From assembly GCA_034408725.1 (NCBI GenBank), contig JAWXCN010000242.1:1-10092 (forward strand): DNA of 10,092 bases, in the 5' to 3' direction. Positions 6,987 through 10,092 of this stretch are shown in pieces. The translations under genes and the position numbers were made by a program. Source of the stretch: Candidatus Hydrogenedentota bacterium (GTDB taxonomy: Bacteria > Hydrogenedentota > Hydrogenedentia > Hydrogenedentales > SLHB01). The notes under the pieces were generated by a model. The model was not told the DNA's origin. It saw only the letters and a program-made list of their open reading frames with translations, and made no database searches. Every line of letters starts with the position of its first letter. The stretch's first letter is position 1.

Positions 6987-7103
6987 CCTAAACTTACAGG
7001 TTGACGCGGAAAAATGAATGCTCCTATTCCCGCGCGGTTTTCCCACTATTCCCCACTCTGTTGGGGAATGACCTGGAATTAACACTATATGCGCGGCTTT
7101 TCC

Positions 7104-7132
7104 TTGCGATATGTCGCTGCTACCCCTATAAT
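7104..7132 (+). promoter_or_regulatory. Sigma70 promoter for the small ORF-amidase-GerMN-murI operon
   Basis: TTGCGA (7104-7109), exactly 17 nt, then a perfect TATAAT (7127-7132), 44 nt before ATG 7177. Confidence 0.7.
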
Positions 7133-7176
7133 CGAATCTAGGGGTAATAACTTGACCGATCACGGGGGTGGCCGTC

Positions 7177-7344
7177 ATGGCCTTATCGCGGCGAGATACG
7201 GTGGCAGCGATTATCATCGTCATGGGATTCATTGTCTTGATGACGACACTCTATTTCTCCTTGAAACCAGCGGGACCGGATGTCGGGTTCGATAACAATT
7301 TCTTCGTGCAACAACGCATCCGCGTTCAAAACCAAAGTAAGTAA
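7177..7344 (+). CDS. Small (55 aa) single-pass membrane protein with an N-terminal SRR motif; absent from the ORF track
   Basis: Manual translation MALSRRDTVAAIIIVMGFIVLMTTLYFSLKPAGPDVGFDNNFFVQQRIRVQNQSK*. GGGGGTG SD-like sequence upstream; sits just downstream of a good promoter; its stop TAA directly abuts the amidase ATG. Confidence 0.65.
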   Translation: MALSRRDTVAAIIIVMGFIVLMTTLYFSLKPAGPDVGFDNNFFVQQRIRVQNQSK

Positions 7345-8421
7345 ATGCGTTTTCCCAATTGGATGTCTCTCGTAGCCGCGCGCGCTCGCGCGGTAATCCT
7401 TATTCTCGCGGCGGTTACCGTCAACGCCGATACCGTCACGTATCACGCGCAGGTTGGCCCGGAACTCCGGACCTGCACCGTAAACATAGTTGAAGTAAAC
7501 GGCATGGCCAGTGTGCCGCTCAACGATATCGTAAACCAACTCGGCGGAGACGTTACGGTCAATTCCGGCGCCATCGAAATCTCGTTGCACGGCGCAACGG
7601 CGCACATTGCCGTCGATGACACCCGGGTCGCGTCTTCCCACAACGAATTCACCATTCAACATCCGGTCCGCGCGCAGGACAACAATGTCTTCGTTTCCGT
7701 GAACGATATCGCGCCGCTGTTTTCCTACGGCTTCAAATTGACATTGCAAACCGGCGATGCCGCGATGCAACCCTCCACTCAATCGGCAACTGAGACGCCG
7801 CTTCCACCGCCAGTGCCACTACAAGGCAGAAAACTGCGGGTCATACTTGACCCCGGTCACGGTGGGATTGATCCCGGAGAAGGCGGTCCGAACGGTTCAG
7901 AAGAAAAAACTATCGCGTTGGCCGTGGCGCAACGCGCAGCGGAACTTCTCGAAGACGTCTGCGCTCCCGTGCTCACGCGAAAGCAGGACGCTTCGCTGAC
8001 GATCAAGGAGCGGGTCAGCGCGGCGAACGTGTCATTGCTCGGCGACCGCCCACTTCGCGGCGATCTGTTCATCAGCATCCATACCGGCGCTAGTTCCTCG
8101 CCCGTGCCCAGCGGTTGCGACGTGTTTTGCCCACCACAGCCGCAAGACGTTGCCGGACAAGCCAACGCGCAGCGGAGCCTCGCGCTCGGGCGAAGTATAA
8201 GCAATGCCGTCGCCGAATCGACCGGCATACCTTCGCGCGGGGTCCATCAAATGCCTGCCCGCACTTTCGTAAATTTACAAATGCCCGGCGTGCTGGTCGA
8301 AGTCGGGTTCATCACAAATCCCAAAGAAGAACCGCTCCTCGTAACGCCGGAATATCAGGACAAAATCGCTCGGGGCATAGCGGCCGGCATCGCGAGTTAC
8401 ATCCAGGGCGTCACGCAGTAA
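7345..8421 (+). CDS. N-acetylmuramoyl-L-alanine amidase (Amidase_3) with signal peptide and an N-terminal copper-amine-oxidase-N-like domain
   Basis: Zn-ligand and catalytic motifs ILDPGHGG, EEKTIAL, LTR, FISIH and PGVLVEVGFITN..E; Pro/Thr linker; signal peptide ending VNA. Confidence 0.95.
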   Translation: MRFPNWMSLVAARARAVILILAAVTVNADTVTYHAQVGPELRTCTVNIVEVNGMASVPLNDIVNQLGGDVTVNSGAIEISLHGATAHIAVDDTRVASSHNEFTIQHPVRAQDNNVFVSVNDIAPLFSYGFKLTLQTGDAAMQPSTQSATETPLPPPVPLQGRKLRVILDPGHGGIDPGEGGPNGSEEKTIALAVAQRAAELLEDVCAPVLTRKQDASLTIKERVSAANVSLLGDRPLRGDLFISIHTGASSSPVPSGCDVFCPPQPQDVAGQANAQRSLALGRSISNAVAESTGIPSRGVHQMPARTFVNLQMPGVLVEVGFITNPKEEPLLVTPEYQDKIARGIAAGIASYIQGVTQ

Positions 8422-8432
8422 GGACGCATCAC

Positions 8433-9086
8433 GTGACCGAACCCGCAAAAAAATCGCACTTCCGGAGCATCGCAATGGCCGCGTGGGCGATGCTAACGCT
8501 GGTGCTCTTTTTTTGCGTCTTATTGCTCGCGAATGAATTGATGAAAGCGGGAAAGAACCCACTTGACCTTTCGGAAAACTCAGAGAGCGTCAATATTTCG
8601 GCCAGTGCCCCCAGTTCGTCGCAACTGCACGATATCCCGGTATACGTCGCCAGCGCCGACGCGCGCATGCTCCTGCCCGAACTGCGATCAATTCCTTTCG
8701 GGCCCTTTACCGTTGAAAACTGCCGGGCCGCGCTCGATGAATTGCGCAAGCCCAGCCCCTCCGGCACAAGCTTGTCCGTCCTTCCGCCCGTCGCCGAATA
8801 CAACGCGCTTTATCTCCTCGACGACGGAGAACTGGTCATCGACTTCACCGCATCGTTGCAGACAAGCGCGGCAAAGAGCGCGGGCGCGGAAGCGTTGATG
8901 ATCTACGGTATCGTCAACACGCTCACGCAGGACGTCCTCCGCGGCGAAGTAGGCGACCCCGTGAAGTCAGTGCGCTTCCTGATCAGCGGCGCTAGCCCAG
9001 GCGAAGCATTTCCCGCGCACTTCGATCTGTCCGGGCCCATTACACCAGACCCCGCATGGATTATGAAGGCGGAGGCAACGCAGTAA
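8433..9086 (+). CDS. GerMN domain-containing protein with N-terminal TM anchor
   Basis: GTG 8433 after SD AAGGA; TM AAWAMLTLVLFFCVLLLA; GerMN hallmarks LVIDFT...AEALMIYGIVNTLT...V.SVRFLI.G...H.DLSGPI. Position between amidase and murI fits. Confidence 0.88.
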   Translation: MTEPAKKSHFRSIAMAAWAMLTLVLFFCVLLLANELMKAGKNPLDLSENSESVNISASAPSSSQLHDIPVYVASADARMLLPELRSIPFGPFTVENCRAALDELRKPSPSGTSLSVLPPVAEYNALYLLDDGELVIDFTASLQTSAAKSAGAEALMIYGIVNTLTQDVLRGEVGDPVKSVRFLISGASPGEAFPAHFDLSGPITPDPAWIMKAEATQ

Positions 9087-9090
9087 ACCA

Positions 9091-9894
9091 ATGGCCAGTC
9101 CGGACGCTCCTCTCGGCATTTTCGACAGCGGCATGGGCGGCCTGACCGTATTGCGACAGGTCGCCGCGCGCGTACCCTCGGAATCCATTATCTATCTCGG
9201 CGACACCGCCCGTGTGCCCTATGGAAACAAGTCGGCCGATTCCGTCGTGCGGTACGCGAGAAGTTGCGCCGATGTGTTAATGGGCCGCGGCATCAAAATG
9301 CTCGTCGTCGCGTGCAACACCGCGTCAGCATACGCGCTCGACATGCTCCGGCGGGAACTCCCAATTCCCGTCCTCGGTGTCATCGAACCCGGCGCAAAAC
9401 GCGCCATAGCCGCCACAAGGTCTGGCAATATCGGCGTCATCGGCACCGCCGGCACCATCAAGAGCGGACAATACCAGGCCGTGTTGCGCGAATACGGACC
9501 CAACATTCAGGTCTTCACCAAGCCTTGTCCGCTTTTCGTTCCACTCGCCGAAGAAGGCTGGACCGACGGCGAAGTACCAATGGCAGTCGCAAGGACCTAT
9601 CTCGCTGAATTATGCGAAAAAGGCATCGACACGCTGGTGCTCGGATGCACCCACTATCCCCTGCTCAAAGATGTGATTGCGACTGCCGCCGGGCAGGACG
9701 TGATATTGGTAGATAGCGCCGAGGCTACTGCGGAGTCCGTGGCTGACGTGCTGAACGCGCAACACGCCGCCAATTCAGGCGCCGCGCGCGGAACGCGATC
9801 GTTTCTCGTGACTGACGCGCCAGACTCGTTTGTCCGCGTCGGATGCCGGTTTCTGGGCGAAGAAATTAACGATGTCGAATGGGTGGATATTTGA
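9091..9894 (+). CDS. murI: Glutamate racemase
   Basis: GIFDSGMGGLTV, YLGDTARVPYG, catalytic VACNTAS and LGCTHYP motifs. Confidence 0.98.
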   Translation: MASPDAPLGIFDSGMGGLTVLRQVAARVPSESIIYLGDTARVPYGNKSADSVVRYARSCADVLMGRGIKMLVVACNTASAYALDMLRRELPIPVLGVIEPGAKRAIAATRSGNIGVIGTAGTIKSGQYQAVLREYGPNIQVFTKPCPLFVPLAEEGWTDGEVPMAVARTYLAELCEKGIDTLVLGCTHYPLLKDVIATAAGQDVILVDSAEATAESVADVLNAQHAANSGAARGTRSFLVTDAPDSFVRVGCRFLGEEINDVEWVDI

Positions 9895-9895
9895 T

Positions 9896-10092
9896 ATGAA
9901 TGGAGTGGACCGGAAAGACTGGAGCGGCCAACCCGCTCGCACCATAGCAACGCCGAATACGTGGAGCACCCTGAGCATGCTGGGGTGCGCAGTCGTAATC
10001 GCGGCGACCGTCAGCATAGTGCTGATGCAGCGCCACCTTGCGGCGCATGCCGTCGCCGCTGATGCCCTCGTTCAGAGGACACCCCACATCGC
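9896..10092 (+). CDS. 5' part of a hypothetical membrane-anchored or exported protein (runs off the window)
   Basis: ATG 1 nt after the murI stop; open to the window end (MNGVDRKDWSGQPARTIATPNTWSTLSMLGCAVVIAATVSIVLMQRHL...) with a hydrophobic segment. Confidence 0.55.
   Translation, partial: MNGVDRKDWSGQPARTIATPNTWSTLSMLGCAVVIAATVSIVLMQRHLAAHAVAADALVQRTPHI

Noticed and set aside
7048-7069. Hairpin ATTCCCCA-N6-TGGGGAAT as a terminator or riboswitch
   Set aside because: No U-tract, it lies between divergent promoters, and no aptamer is recognisable; it could be an operator but nothing further supports that.
8115-8432. N-terminal extension of the GerMN ORF given in the track
   Set aside because: Overlaps the amidase catalytic domain by ~300 nt and has shadow-frame composition; GTG 8433 has a good SD.

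Overview
GC-rich bacterial window, mostly cell-envelope and housekeeping genes. The gene content suggests a PVC-like or Candidatus Hydrogenedentes-like organism (inference only). Left to right: a 203-bp-period tandem repeat containing REP-like hairpins (1-314); a minus-strand pair of a class I SAM methyltransferase and a Tat-signal DUF6807/'PmoA-family' protein; a divergent ~820-aa multidomain membrane protein (Zn ribbon, coiled coil with two SHOCT-like motifs, ~5 TM helices, Ig-like and PilP/GspC-like C-terminal domains); a 188-bp non-coding insertion (4669-4856) with 16-bp terminal inverted repeats starting CAG(G/T)GC and a perfect 10-bp target-site duplication, i.e. a probable ISAs1-type MITE carrying REP-like hairpins; a HEAT-repeat protein; two tandem tatA genes (one absent from the ORF track); and a sigma70-driven operon of an unannotated 55-aa membrane peptide, N-acetylmuramoyl-L-alanine amidase, GerMN-domain protein, glutamate racemase (murI) and a truncated final gene. 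The most notable signal is the MITE and its diverged relative in the repeat at the window start.
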